Positions 49,269-62,689 are shown, counted from the first letter of the stretch. The stretch is DNA of 64,000 nt from Lama guanicoe (GCA_013239625.1 MU054001.1:3230151-3294150); one strand, 5' to 3'. The notes: generated by a model from the letters alone, not told the origin. Program-made: numbers and translations.

Positions 49269-49727
49269 CCATGAGTGACAGCTGACATCTTTTCACTAAT
49301 CCAGAAGACAATTTTAAAAAGCAATCAAAGCAGAAAGAACAACTGAAATCTCACAGCTGTCTAGGTCATTTGGTATTGAAGAAATGAATATACACCTTCA
49401 TGTCCCCTGAGGATACCATTCTAATCGAGCAAGAAATGATGGTCCTACTCACACTCCAATCTCACAGAAATACTGACGTATTGGCAGAATTTCTGGTTGA
49501 AAGCCAGCAGATTATATGTGATGCAATTTAGAAAGATGTCCACTGAAAACGGGCAAAAGTACAATAATAAAGGACCTGACACTGAATGGGCTAGGTTCAG
49601 CTACGTATAAAATTCACTTATACGCACCAGACACTTGCCCAGCCGTGGTAGGGAAGGGAAGGGTTACTGTGTGGACTTCACACTTGAGGCTTTCCTGAAG
49701 GTTGCAGACTCAAGATGGTATTGTATC

Positions 49728-50149
49728 CAGCGATCAGCTGGTAAATGTTTAACAACTGGTTCTGAGGGTACAGGTAGGGGGGATTCTGACCTGTAGTGTT
49801 TCTGATTTCCATGGTGAAAGTATTGCCCCCAATGGCTGACTTCAAGGGGATTAGTCGGGCGGAGATTTTCAGCAGCACACCAGTCCGCAGGATTTCCCCA
49901 GCACAGATAACAGATGTAAATAACTCTAAGGTATAGCTTTCTATAAAACCGGTAAAAAGCAGTAAAAAAAAATACTAAGATGGAAGTTTTGAGTATCATT
50001 ATCTTCATTTTTAATGTCATTCATTTCATCGTAAGCTTATATAATTTCAATCTTAATAAGAGTTGTGTTTAAAGCCAGTTTGCAAAAGGCTTGCAGGTTT
50101 GACAATCAGCTCTGGAGCTGGAAAGGGGGCCGACTCCAGCCCACTGCTG
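49728..50149. mobile_element. MER63B-like hAT DNA transposon
   Basis: cagcgatcagctggtaaatgtttaacaactggttct...gttttgagtatcattatc...gactccagcccactgctg; 8-bp TSD attgtatc/actgtatg. Confidence 0.85.
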
Positions 50150-52534
50150 ACTGTATGAACACACAGATTTCTATCTGGAACATTTCCACAGAGGATACGT
50201 CAAGGAAGGGGCCAAGTAGATGCTAATCAGAATTATAGAAAACACCGTGTTTGGCTCTAGAAATATAAACAGACAGATTGTGCTTTCGCAGCAGCCTGAC
50301 ACAAGTTTTGGTTGGTTGCGATGCTCCCTAATTCCCCAAAGCAACTTGTCTGAGCAGGAGAGCTAGTTAGGAAGATAATTTCCCTTCTAGTGGGGAAAGA
50401 ATTTGACTTCTGAGGCCTGATATTGGAAGGAAATTCACACACACCGTGGCAAATGCTCAAATGGCCTGCCTCAAAGCCCTTGCCGAGCGGGGATATTATC
50501 TAACCAGCGAGTGCAATGCACTCATTGCTGCTCTTACGCGTGCATCCCAATATTTTTTTCCCTTTATTCAGTTTTTCCAGAATGAGGAGATTCGCTAAAA
50601 TCATCTTCCTAACCAATACTGATTTGGTTGTTTTTTTTTTTTCCAAGTGGGGTTATATTCTTGGCTACATAAAAATGGAGAGGCTTATAAAAGAACCAAA
50701 CCTAATAACATTATGTTTCCTCATTTGTAAAATGAAACAGGAAGGGGTGCAGAGCCACCGAGTTGCCGAGGATTGTTTTAGCTCTAAAAGCAGATGAATT
50801 TTTGTTCCATGTTTTCATGCAGTTAAACTGTAACTGATGGCAAGTGAGAAGGGAGAGCAGGAAGGGCAGGAGTGAGACCCCGGCACCTGGGGCATTCTCA
50901 GTGTCTGATAAATGCCAGATTTACTGCTAAAGTGAGATTGATAAATACTAACGAAATCACAGCCACGCTCAGGGCCCAACTCATTTATTTTTTCCACCCC
51001 TCAAAAGGAACACAAAACATGGAACTCAAGTCAGGCATGACCAGACCCGAAGAATTCGACTCTTCCATCCTGCTGCTAGCAAAACTCCTCGTGATTTGGG
51101 CAGACTGTCGGGGAGGCCTGGGGGGCTGCCGGGGCTGGAGTGGGGGTGGGAAGGGATGCTTAATCTGGCCGGGGCTTTGGGAAGGAAGGAGCCTCGCAGC
51201 CGGCCAGCTCACTGCAGTCTTTCATGAATAAACACTCTAATTGGGGACATCACAGATAATGGGTCTGACTTCTTTCACTGGAGGGCCGGATCATGATTTG
51301 CTAATTGGATATTCCTGGGGTGGTGGAGGCGCCCTCACTGGCCCTGAGTGATTACTAGTTAATGGGGTTTTAGGTTTTAGAAGTTCCTATTCCAGACTGA
51401 TAAAGGGAGCCAGGCTGAGGAAAAGGAGCCGGCGCCCTTCCCGGAACGGCATCAGGAAGGAAGCCCAGCGTCTGCGACAGTGCAGGGTGGGCACCGGGGT
51501 GCAGGAGTCCATCAGGCTCAGCACCGACGTTCTGAGCTGGGTGTCCACCCCTGCCAGCCCCCCAGTCCTCACCCCTTCCTTCCCTGTGGGAGTGTTCAAT
51601 CTGGGAGATAAAGTGCCCTCCCCCACCAGACCTCCCTCACCACTGGACTTTGGGCTCATTTCTTTGCACAGAACAAGTACCCAGGAAGCCAGACCCAAGG
51701 GACAAGATAAACCTCAGGGATGACTCATCAAGAGTTAAAAAAAAAAAAAGCTGAGTCAGGGTCTCCAGGCTGGAGCTGGGGTATGGAGGTTACAGTCATT
51801 GTTGGAAGACGATGTGTCCAATCCATCCCCTGCAGGGGGATGGTGGTACCCAAAAAGTGAACCACCAAGGAAGGCAACCTCCGAGCCCACAAGGAAGGCT
51901 GATGTTTCAGAGTTTCCTGCCCATCCTTTTGTGGGGGTCCAGGGTCACACTGTAGCCCTTGGCCTATCCTAGCAAACTGCCTGGGGGACACAGCAAAGAG
52001 GAACTGGGAAAAAGACAGGATAGGATTTAAAAAAAAAAAAAAAGGAAAGCAAGATTTCCTTCTATACCAAAACTCAAGAAAATTCTTTGCCCCCCTTTCT
52101 CCTCAAAGTTCTCATAAACCAAAGGCTAGCTGCTCTGGCTGGAGCCAAGAGTGTACTATGTCCCATAGAACATCCAGTTTCTCTTCCCACGAGAAAGCAA
52201 GACTTCTTTCTTGATGAAATTGACAAATAATTCAAGGTCTATGACTCTCTCCTCTGCTTAAGTGCATTCATGAGCTGGAGCCCTGCTTGGTTATTCCCCG
52301 GTCATTAGTCTTGTTCTTGTGGACAGGACTCTTTTCCTGGACCTCAACTACCAGTCTTGTCAAACTGTCATTTCACTCATGTGTAAAAGACTTGGGGGCC
52401 TTGAGTAAATTGCTCTTGGCAGCCAAGGAGGGCAAAGAAGATATTCTGGGTGAAACCTCGGATGCCACCAATTCCCAACCTGTGATCCACACGTGGACAG
52501 CTGAGAGCTGACGTTATACAACTAATCTGCATTT

Positions 52535-52735
52535 CAGAATACCGACCGTTTATTGGGCCCTATTTATATGCAGATGCTGGGCCACATACTTTACCCATAG
52601 TCCCTCATTTAACCTTGCCAAGAGCCTGAGGAGGTAAGTATGTAATTATCCCCATTTCACAGATGGGAATATTGATTGGCTTCTTCAACTGAATCCACAC
52701 TCTGAAGAACAGACAGACCTGGCATTTGTTCCCAT
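52535..52735 (-). mobile_element. MIR SINE
   Basis: cgtttattgggccctatttatatgc...ctcatttaaccttg...aattatccccatttcacagatggga. Confidence 0.75.
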
Positions 52736-53039
52736 GTTCATTCAACCCCAAAACCCTGGTTCTTCTCCACTGGAGTGTCATGATCACTCTCTTGAATTTC
52801 ACCTGGTTCATTTCTTTCCTGAAGACAATTGGCGAGATGGGAGATGGCGTGGATTCACAATGCAGAAGAGCAAGGAATCTGATTTTATTTTCTTAGAAAT
52901 GATAAAATGGATTCCTAACAACGGGTACATGTCTCATTGGTGGTCTTCAAGAACTGCACCCCCTTTTCTAGATGCAGTGATAACCAGTCACTTCCTGGAA
53001 AACGGAAATGACCATGTTTATCATCAAAGAAGTCTTGCT

Positions 53040-53145
53040 GATTGATGACCCTGGGCAAGTTGCTGAAATGCTCAGGGACTGATTTTCCCACCACATAAAA
53101 TGACCTGTTGGCATGGATGTTGTCTAAGCTCCATCCTGGCTCCAT
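53040..53145 (+). mobile_element. MIR/MIR3 fragment
   Basis: tgaccctgggcaagttgctgaaatgctcagggactgattttcccaccacataaaatg. Confidence 0.65.
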
Positions 53146-53479
53146 ATTGATGCATCAGGACTTCCGAATGTGTTACCAAAAGCAAGTGTGCTATCTCCCA
53201 TGGGATCCTGTGGTACTTTTGCCATAGCTTAGAGCACCGTTACAGAGTGCCGGGGTTGGGGGCTGGAGGGGAATGCTTAAGGCTCATGTTTACCAGTACC
53301 CATGTCTTTTTTCTTTCTCCTTACTCTCCCTCTCTGGGTGCTTATCTCTGTTTCCTTGATCTATCTGTCTCCTGCATCCTTGGTAGAGCTCCATCTGGCT
53401 CATTTGTTATTCATGAATTAACATGTGTTTTGCATACATTCGCCTTCGAACAACTGTTCCAAACTACACCATGGTGTAG

Positions 53480-53700
53480 CAACAAGGGTCTCCATAATTG
53501 ATCATGTACACTATCAGTCAAAAATGTTTGAACATGTATCTCAATAGAAGGGTGTTAACTTATACATATGTACATCAAACAATACATATAAATACACGTT
53601 TTATAATAATACAAAAATTAAAAGTTCAGACATATTTATTTACACCATACCCTATGGGTCATTTGGGTCCAAACTGCCTATTTTTAGAGATCCCCAGTAT
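53480..53700. mobile_element. MER113-like hAT-Charlie fragment
   Basis: catgtacactatcagtcaaaaatgtttgaacatgtatctcaata...AT-rich interior...tttttagagatccc. Confidence 0.45.
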
Positions 53701-54794
53701 CTAGGATGGTGGAGAGGCTTAGATATTTTGGGCTTAGATGACAGACATTTAAGAATGAACCCTAGTTACACAAGAGCATCTGTGACCCAAGAGTTTACAG
53801 ACATGCAGTGAGACAGAAACGATGAAGGGCAGACCTAGATTCTTCAGGGAGGGCTAGACTTCCAGACATTTATGGAAGTTCTACTAATTTCCAACAGCAG
53901 TTTTGTTTTTGCTGTCACACTGTGGACTAAACCAAAGACACGTAAAGGCCAGATATGACCCATGTTCTGCCAGTTTGTCACCCTGTCCTATAATCTAGAG
54001 GTCATCTTTCGCACCTTGTTAAGGCCCAAGTCCCTCAAGGAGGTACTGCATTAATCTGGATTAGCTCTTTTCGCCAGAGTGTGAATGATTCTGACAAGCA
54101 CAGATAATGGTGGGAAAGAGAGAAAACTATAATAAAGCTCAGAGAAACTAATAGGGGACACCCCAAAAGAACAAATTTCAGACTCTCAGGTACCAAGGAT
54201 CAGACCCTGGTCCACATGTGCCCTCCATCCCAGCACCTGCTACCCTAGAGTTCACTGGAGCTCCAGAAGCATCCACCCCTGAAATGATTTTCTTCCACCC
54301 CTTTGGGCAGCGTGGAGCTCTCTGAACTTGTTGAGTGCTCTGAACCTTGAAGGTCTCTATTTCCTCCAGAGCAACTTGGAGAAGAACAAGCACCCCCCCC
54401 CCGGGTCCCCTTTCATAGCTCCCAGCTCCTGCCCTAGTCCCCTCCTTAGCACCACGCCACATGCGAAACATATGGTAATGAAAGAACACAAATAAGGCAG
54501 ATAGAGCTGTAAGGAAGATCTCTAAAGACAAACTCAAGGAGACAGAGACAGGCTCAGGCAGAGAGAGAGACAGAGGCAAAGCAAGGAAGCAAGAGACCCA
54601 GCAGAGCACAGAAGAGAGGAGAGAACTTGCCTGGCTTGTCTGGTGAAGCAAACACATTAAAAAAGAGAAAAGATGGGCAGAGAAAGCATCCAACTCCTGA
54701 GCAAAACTGCACGTCAGGGTTCCGTCAGTACAGGTGTCACTCAAGTCAATGGATATATATGAACTTGGACTCTGCCTTGAAATAGAACAATTCA

Positions 54795-55010
54795 TAATAC
54801 AAAGTTGTTTCCTTTATGCCCAGCTTGGTTGATACAGAAAATTGTATGTCATGTATTTAATTCTTACAATGTTCCTACGACCTGGGTGTGTTGTTATTGT
54901 TTTGAATTTACAAGTGAGGAAACTGAGGAACAAAGTTGGTGAAAGAAGCTGGATGTCACATGGCTGGCAGGCAGCAGGTCTGGGGCTGATGGGTCTCCGG
55001 GAGCCTGCCC
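54795..55010 (-). mobile_element. MIR SINE
   Basis: atttaattcttacaatg...aatttacaagtgaggaaactgagg...gtcacatggctggcag. Confidence 0.75.
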
Positions 55011-55906
55011 GTCTCTACAAGAAGAGTCTGCACCAGCTGCAGAGAACCCACGTCACAAGAACCAGGGTTTCCATTCTCAGACAGAAACTCTCATTAACAT
55101 CATTACTTTATTTTTCCTGCTGACAGTATTTAGTGGACAGAATGGTGCTGTGATACAGCCATGCAGCTGGGAAGCCTTGCCCCGGTCTCCTAGCCACTCT
55201 GGGCTTCAACTTCTAGGGACGAAATAAGGTTGCTTCCTGCTCAAGTTACCGCTGGTGTGTTGATTAAGCATTATAGTTTGCTAAGGACACGTTTAAAATG
55301 GGGTTAAAAAATTCATCTCAGCCTAGATAAAATAATAGTTGAGGTCTGTTCATTTGGGAGACTAATATTCCTTCCAGAAGCACTGAGCTTCATCATACAC
55401 GGTAAATATTTGTTTGGACAAATTTTAAATTGAGGATCATTTGATTGATAGATAATTGTTTCCAACGTCAGCCTCATACTCCCAGCTGTCGCTGCCACAT
55501 CACAAATTGACGTGTTGTTATCTTTTTCTGTTTTCTTTCTCCCTTTAAAAAACCATGAGCATTCTTTTCTTACGATCAGCTCTTAAGTCGATTTTTTCAC
55601 TAAAGAAAAAACATATGAGTCCATTTTTCTCTCCAAAGGATCCAAGGTGTTGGAAACCCCAGAGGGAAGGGCTTGGGGCTGGACTCTATTGAGTTCGGAG
55701 GATGTGGAGAGCTGCACCCAGTTTGCTGAGCCAGGCTCTGGTCCACACGCAGGTTCTGCAGGAAATTCCGGTGCCCATTCATCCTCCCCACCCCTCCCAA
55801 ACCGCCCCCCTCCATCAACCTGCTTTCCAGGTGAGACAATCAAGGCCCAAAGGGATGACTGCCCTGTGGTACCCAAGGGACTTCCTAGCCCCCCAAATGT
55901 ATATAT

Positions 55907-55907
<1 letters not shown>

Positions 55908-55938
<31 letters not shown>
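55908..55938. repeat. (CA)15 microsatellite
   Basis: Read directly. Confidence 0.95.
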
Positions 55939-55940
<2 letters not shown>

Positions 55941-56714
55941 TCATAGTAGGAGTCAGAAGATGGAAAGATGGATATGGGTTAAAGTCAGGAAAGCTTACTG
56001 GAGCTCGTCTTTTAAAAAATCAAGTTGATTTTAAATAAAGAAACAGAAGGACTAAGAGGAACAGTGGCTGGCTGAGAAGAGAAATATTCTGATTGCATTA
56101 AGCACACAGGTCTGATCCTCATTAGAGCAGCTTTCCAGTTCCTTTCAATTCCCTGGCCTCGAGGCCTCTGCTTATTTTCACAGCATCTTGACAAATAATA
56201 GGTATGATATCTGTGGCTCGTGAACACAGGGATCTGTATTTTCCGTTACTCCTCACTGTTGGAAAAGTTGGTGGCCGGAGGGGGGAAATAAAGCTAGATT
56301 TCTCTTAAAGACAATTTGTTCAAACACTTCTCTCATTTTTTTTTAATAAGAAGTTGAAAAATCTATTATTATAGAGTAATTGCTCATCAAATTTCTTTTT
56401 AAAAGTCAAAGCAATTTTCAAATGATAAAGAACTTCTCAAATGTGTCTAGATAATTAGAAGGGTGCAATTTATATAGCTCCTGTACCTCACGAGGCTGCA
56501 AGGCCTATCTCATCTTTGCCTTTGGAGCCCAAGACTGCAACACCTGAGTTCACATGGAAAGCGTCACGTGACCCATGTTAAACACACAACAGTTCTGAGG
56601 TCAGAAACACATGCGCACGGAAACTATCTATCGCGTTCTTAAAACATGGGCCCTTAGGGCCAACACAAATGATTTTCTTCCAGTTGAAGTTTCAAGGATG
56701 ATAAAACTACATGA

Positions 56715-56770
56715 CAGATAGATACATGGATGGATGGATGGCTGGATAAATAGATGGGTAGAGAAATGGG
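56715..56770. repeat. Degenerate (GATA/GGAT)n simple repeat
   Basis: gatagatagatacatggatggatggatggctggataaatagatgg. Confidence 0.8.
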
Positions 56771-59700
56771 CGATGACGTCAACTAACTCATTCCTTCTTG
56801 AGAGAATGAAACTGTTAAAGGGCCCTGTAGAGCTGGCATCTCCAGAACTCCTGCCATCGCAGAACAGCCCCCTCTAACCTTTAGCGCATGACTGTTGTGA
56901 CTTTGAGCTCTTTCCACAATCCTCTCAAAGCTGAAAACCGGAAACCGAAGAGAATTCTGAGTTCCTTGCCACAATTTCAACCTATCAAACAGCATCCAAG
57001 TTATTCTGATTTTTACACATTGTAGATGCTATGTGTACATAGAAACCGGAGTATCTATGGACTTTTCCTTAAAAAATGAAAGAAAAGGTTAGTTTTGGAA
57101 TCTCTAGAGTGGTGAATTGATTCTTGGAAATATGGAGAATTAAATGAAATGTTTGAAGGATTCCTAACATTGATTGCACGTGTGTGTGTCCCTACACATG
57201 GACAGTAACACACACACCCATTCACGGCACGTCAGTCTCCCTTTTTCTATTTAATTGACTTTAGATGCGAATGTCGCATCCTGGGACCTTCCAGACACTG
57301 GCAGGGCCCTTAGTCATCCAACAGCTGCTTCCTTGAGATACCGAGGCAGAGAAGACACCTAGAGCTGCTTGGAAAATGGCCTGGTTCGCTTTAAACATTG
57401 TCTGTCGTCTCTACAGTTGCCGGCTGTGATCTGCTGCCTTTCAACTTGGAATAAAATATATTACTTATGCAGTGAATGTTTTTAATGTAACAAAGCAAAG
57501 GAATAAAAATGCCTTACAACAGTTTTATTAAAAAACAAATTCCCACAGTAAATACATATACACTCTGTTTCTGGGAGCAAAATAGCCCAGGACATCACTG
57601 CTAAGTGCTCTGGGAAGTGCTTATAAATTACTTGAAATAAAAAACATTGTTGCCTGGACATCACGGATGAAATGCTGCAGTTTGTAATAAATTAACACAG
57701 AACTTTACTTCCCCTCCTTGAACAAAGCAGCCATTTGTCTGAATAACCCACATTCAGCTGTGACTTATATTTTCACAACTCCAACTGCATTCATTTGCAA
57801 ATTATGCTGCAGTTTTAATGCTCAAGTTTTAAATACCTTAAGAACGAATAAATAAAGCAAAGTAGAGCAAACAGTTGGCTTGTAGTTTAAAAACTGCCCT
57901 AATTTCTGCTTTTCTTTTGGCTTTTCTCCTTTCAAAGTTTTTTTTTTCTTTAATGGCATAAAGTTTCTTTAAACTACATTAAAAAAATAAAAAATAAAAT
58001 GTGTTTGGGGGTATTCACACCAGAGCGGTTTCCATAATTTCATTATCTCTGAAGGTATCTGGCTAGTTGTCATTTTACATTTTTAAGACTTTTCTTCTAC
58101 TTATATTTTAATTTCGTGACAGAATAATTTATAACTATCTTTGAGGTTTTGCCCATTGTGTGTAACTTTTGTCTGCAAGTCTTGGAATTGGTTAGATTTT
58201 TTTTTTTTTCTCCCTCTCTCTCTCCCTTTCCTGGACAAAAAAAAAAAAAAAAATCTCTAAAGAAAAGTCGTGTCACTTCCCTTGAATTATTTTGATTATA
58301 AAACAAAAACTCTGCAAGAAAACTCTTTTCAAACCTGTTCTGGTGAAACAAAATGAACCGCTTTCCAGGTTCTTGAAAGCAAAATTTGATAGAAGCATTT
58401 ATAGATTCAATTTGAAGTTTGAAGGTTATTTTTTTGGCCAAAAAAAAAAAAAAACCACCCGGTTTCCTTGTGCAGAGGCTTTGTCGGATTTCTTTGCATT
58501 GTTTTAAATAAGGTCCTGTGTAGCCACTTGCATTGGATAAATGTAATGTCACCATTTTCAGGAAGCGATTTGGGGAGGAAAAGTCTTCAGAATCATGTTA
58601 TTTTCAGAAAAGTGCCTCATAAAATATTTTTATAAAGTAGGAGTTGAAATCATTTAAAAATCACTCTCTTTTATAAATCTGTTGGGAGAAAGCTCTTTTG
58701 ATCCCCTCTTTCGGTCTAATCTTCATCTTTTATTTTGCTTAGAGGTAAACAACATTTGCCGCATTTAAACAAGGGCATTTGCCATTGTGGTTCTTAAATA
58801 GTTTTCCAGTCACCCTATGGCAATTCATCACATGGGATAAAGTAAGGATGCTTGCATCCAAGACTTTTATCACCTCCCAGAAAATGTTTGTTGTTTTTTG
58901 CTTTGGGTTTATTTTTTCCCCTCCCTCCCACCCCTACCCCCAGCCCAAGTGAGCTGCGGGGGATTGTTTTAGGACATTTCAAAGCCTTTTGTGAAGACAG
59001 AACCAGAGTCCTTCTGAGGAGGATAAGAAATACTTGATTACATGCACTGCAAAATGGGAGATATTCCCAAATTCCCTTTTAATTAAGATGTCTAAATAGC
59101 CATGGCTTTAGAGAGAGAGAGGTTTCCAAACAGTTTAGAAATTAAGGATGCTTTTAGAACTGCAACAGATACCCCGACCTCTCCCCGACCCTGGGGGGAG
59201 GCAGCTGTCACCTGGGGGAGGTAAAAGGACATTAGGAACCCCACAAGAGTCAGTTGGGGAGGGGTATCCCAAATGGAGGCTGGGATACAGAAGTAATCAC
59301 AGGACCACAGAGCTTTAATGACACCATGGGCTTCAGTTAAGAGAAAATCGCTTCTCAAGTTAGCCAGGTCATTTCTGCAAATGCACGCACCTTTGTCATT
59401 AAAAAAAAAAATCATTCAGTGATTACTGGTTTGATGCTATTTGATTCTCTGACCATCCAAGCCTGATTAAGAGCATTTGCTTAGGCCCTAAAGACTTCAT
59501 AGCTGGCCACCCATCTGGTGTGAGGCTTGAGTCCGCGAAAATCCCTCAGCTTAGCACTGAATATTCTTTTTAAAGACTTTAAGTAAAAGGGCTGACATTA
59601 GCATATGTTCCCCCCAAGTGTCCTGTTGAACTTTCTGCCGGGCATTACCCTACCACGGGCTTTCTGGATGTTGTCCAATGAGAGATTGGCTTGGAACTGT

Positions 59701-62689
59701 AAAATTAGCCATCTGCCTATTAAAAATGTAACCAGCTGCATCCGATGAAACACAGTGACTATTGAAATGAACTCATCCGGGAGAGAACTCGGGTCCCCTG
59801 CTTGGACATTTTTCCAATCTACTGCTGGACTGAGAGTCCACAAGCGAAGAGCCTCCGTCCTTGTTTGGGGAAAATGACATGCCCCAAGAATGAAGGCTTT
59901 ACGGGTTTGTTTTGGGGCTAAAGTTCTGTCCGGCATGTCTCGGGTTGACTCGGACCTTAAGTGCAGAATCTCGATTTCTTTGTTACTTGTTTAAAGCATC
60001 TCCTTCTTACAGGAAAAAGCAAAAACAGAAAGTATAAAATAAACAAGCAAATCCCTAATATCTCTCCCTTACTTCAAGATATTACGTTCAGAGATTCCAT
60101 CCCAAATCCTAGATATTTCTGATAAACCTTAATCCCCATGCCTAAAATACTCTAAGCAGCACATAATAACTTAACAGAGAGAGCCAGAGCCGTAATTACT
60201 CCTGCAAGAGCTACCATTTCAGCAGATATTAGGCATTCTATATTTATTACAAGGTCTGTTTATTAAAAATGAGAACTTTGAATAGCATGCACTATTTTTT
60301 TCTGAAGCCTAATGGAGCATTAAAAAATAATTCATTAGCTAATTAACAAAACTGTGTTTATTTACAGTATATAAAATGTTTCTATCAGGAAAATAACACA
60401 CCATAATACAGCGTTGTGTTGACAGCGAAACATCTGCAGCTTAATTTAATGCATTTACTAAATGACGAGAGGAAATCAAAGGATGTTTAAACAGCTACTT
60501 CTCTGCCTGTGATTTTTGTTTTTTCTCTCTTGAGGTCACAAGGCGTCAAGAAGCCTCTTGGGAAGCCAGAACTGCTTTCAAAGGTGTTCAGTACAATAAT
60601 CTTTATACAATTATGAAAGTGTCAATGCGGAGAATAGTTTGGACTGGGTGCCAGTTAAAATGGATGGGTCCTTGCACATGTCCTCAATATAACCACTCTG
60701 CAGCCACAAAACACTGGTAGGGTTGAAGAACCATGTGAAACTGTCTTTTTTGTTTGTCAAAATCAGTCCAATACTAACTTCATTACATTCAACCTAATGT
60801 TTCTCATTTGGACTTAATTTCTCTCTCTCATTCTGCCTCTCTTTCTTATTTTGCCGGCAGGATTTTGGCAAACACACATAATCAAACACAAAGTGAGTAT
60901 TGATTGATACATTTGCTTCTATTACTCTGTATTAAAATATATTTTGCTAGGTTCATTTTCCCATTAAATCTCTCCTCTCCGCTGCCCCTGCCTGAGATCT
61001 CTCAGAAGGCAAAGAGTATCCTGTTTGTTTGTAGGTCTGATTTCCTTCCTACCGTAACCCCAATATGAAATCCCAAGAAAAAGAGACAGAAGTCCTTACA
61101 TTAACATACAATTCAGGTGGATGTGTGGGTTACAACTTCTCAGGAGGAAAAATATGGCATCAAAAAAAAAAAAGAATAACCCCAGAAACAATACATGCAA
61201 AAATGATGTTTTGAGAACTTGTCCTCCATTCACCTGGACCTAAAAGCTCTGAGTGACTTCAAGAATTACAAAATAAACTAGGGGAAAAATTAGGATTCCC
61301 CATAACACGTAAGTAAAGTCTGAGTGCCTACCTTTGTTATAAGTATGTAACAATACTAGTACAATGTTTATTTTCAACTCGGTTAAGTAGGAGCCATCTT
61401 TGCTGCCTTTTTACAGTAGAACCTTGGATTTACAATAGCCATAAGGAAATTTCCTAAAGCCATTTTGCCTGTTTCAGATGCAAACAAATTTTAAGATTTT
61501 TAAGCTACACGGAACAAATAGGATATATAAAGTTCTGGTTAAAATAAGATGATAAAAAAATTTAAAAGTTAGTTCAGCAAACCACACTTACTGGCCAGAA
61601 TTGTTTTATTGGTGTCTCTCTGAATTTATACACAAGGAGCTCAGTCATTTATATTTGGTAACTCACAATCCTGTATCTATTGTGCAGTTATCTGAGTGTG
61701 GCCATCTTGTGCTATTATGGGTTGAGCATAGACTTTGCTTTGATTCCCTGTAGGGGGCCTGGTTTAGGGAACTATCCATGCAACTTCATTTTTCTCTCTC
61801 CACTAGCTCCATATCATTAGGTCTACTATTATAGTAGAATACCAAGTATCTGCTGTCTTGCATTGGAGTTCTTCTTGATCAGGAACTAAGAAATTACTTA
61901 GCTAACGTGCTACCACATCTCCATCTGTAATCTTGGCAGACATTACTAGTGGATTACTGCAGTCATTCTCAGGAGCCCCAGGCACAGCTGCAGAAGGCCT
62001 CAACACACATATCACAAATCAATCAGAATTGCCTCAACAGTGAAACCTGTTAGCTAAAGCTATAGACCCATAGACATCAAATCAAAGACTCCACTATCAA
62101 TTTGTCCCTTGGGTCCTCAATTAATCACGTGTTAATTCATCAGCTCCTTCGATTAAGTAGCTTTGTTTTTCTTCTCCATCTATAGGAGAAGGAGATACCT
62201 GAAAAAAAAAAAAGAATACAACACAGAATTTTGGAGACCTATAACCTTCCAGGCTATTTCCAATGATCAGGTCAATTAACCTGATCTCTTAACAATTAAC
62301 CTCATCTCTTACTCTATCTGCACTCACCCCTCCAGGCCTGGCACTGTGCAAAATGTTTAGACTGGCAACTTAAAACCAGATTTGTGTTTCTCAACTATAG
62401 CACCCTCCCAGTCAACTCAGACATGTCAGAAAGAGAAAAGAAAAAATATACTCAAAGATCTAAAAACTAAAACCAAAAGAATTCTCAGAAATCCTCTGAT
62501 TTCTTTTGCATTTTGGACCATGGAGATAATGCTCTAATCAGAATTCAGTGAGTGCACATCCCTGCCCAAGGGCCTGCAGTAGCTCCCTATTACCCACAGA
62601 AGAGTTAGTCTAGGCAGTTTTCTGTAAAAAAGACAATATGCTTTGTTAATCTTTATCTCCTACAGACTCGTACTTCCACACTCTCTGTC

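Noticed and set aside
53464..53479. Perfect 16-bp palindrome ctacaccatggtgtag
   Set aside because: About one such palindrome is expected by chance in 64 kb, and there is no supporting context
54178..54795. 205-aa ORF (minus strand)
   Set aside because: It is the antisense of GA-rich low-complexity DNA (Leu/Ser-rich translation) with no recognisable family
61747..61760. CTCF-like motif cctgtagggggcct
   Set aside because: Partial match only, with the 3' positions deviating; a single unsupported motif
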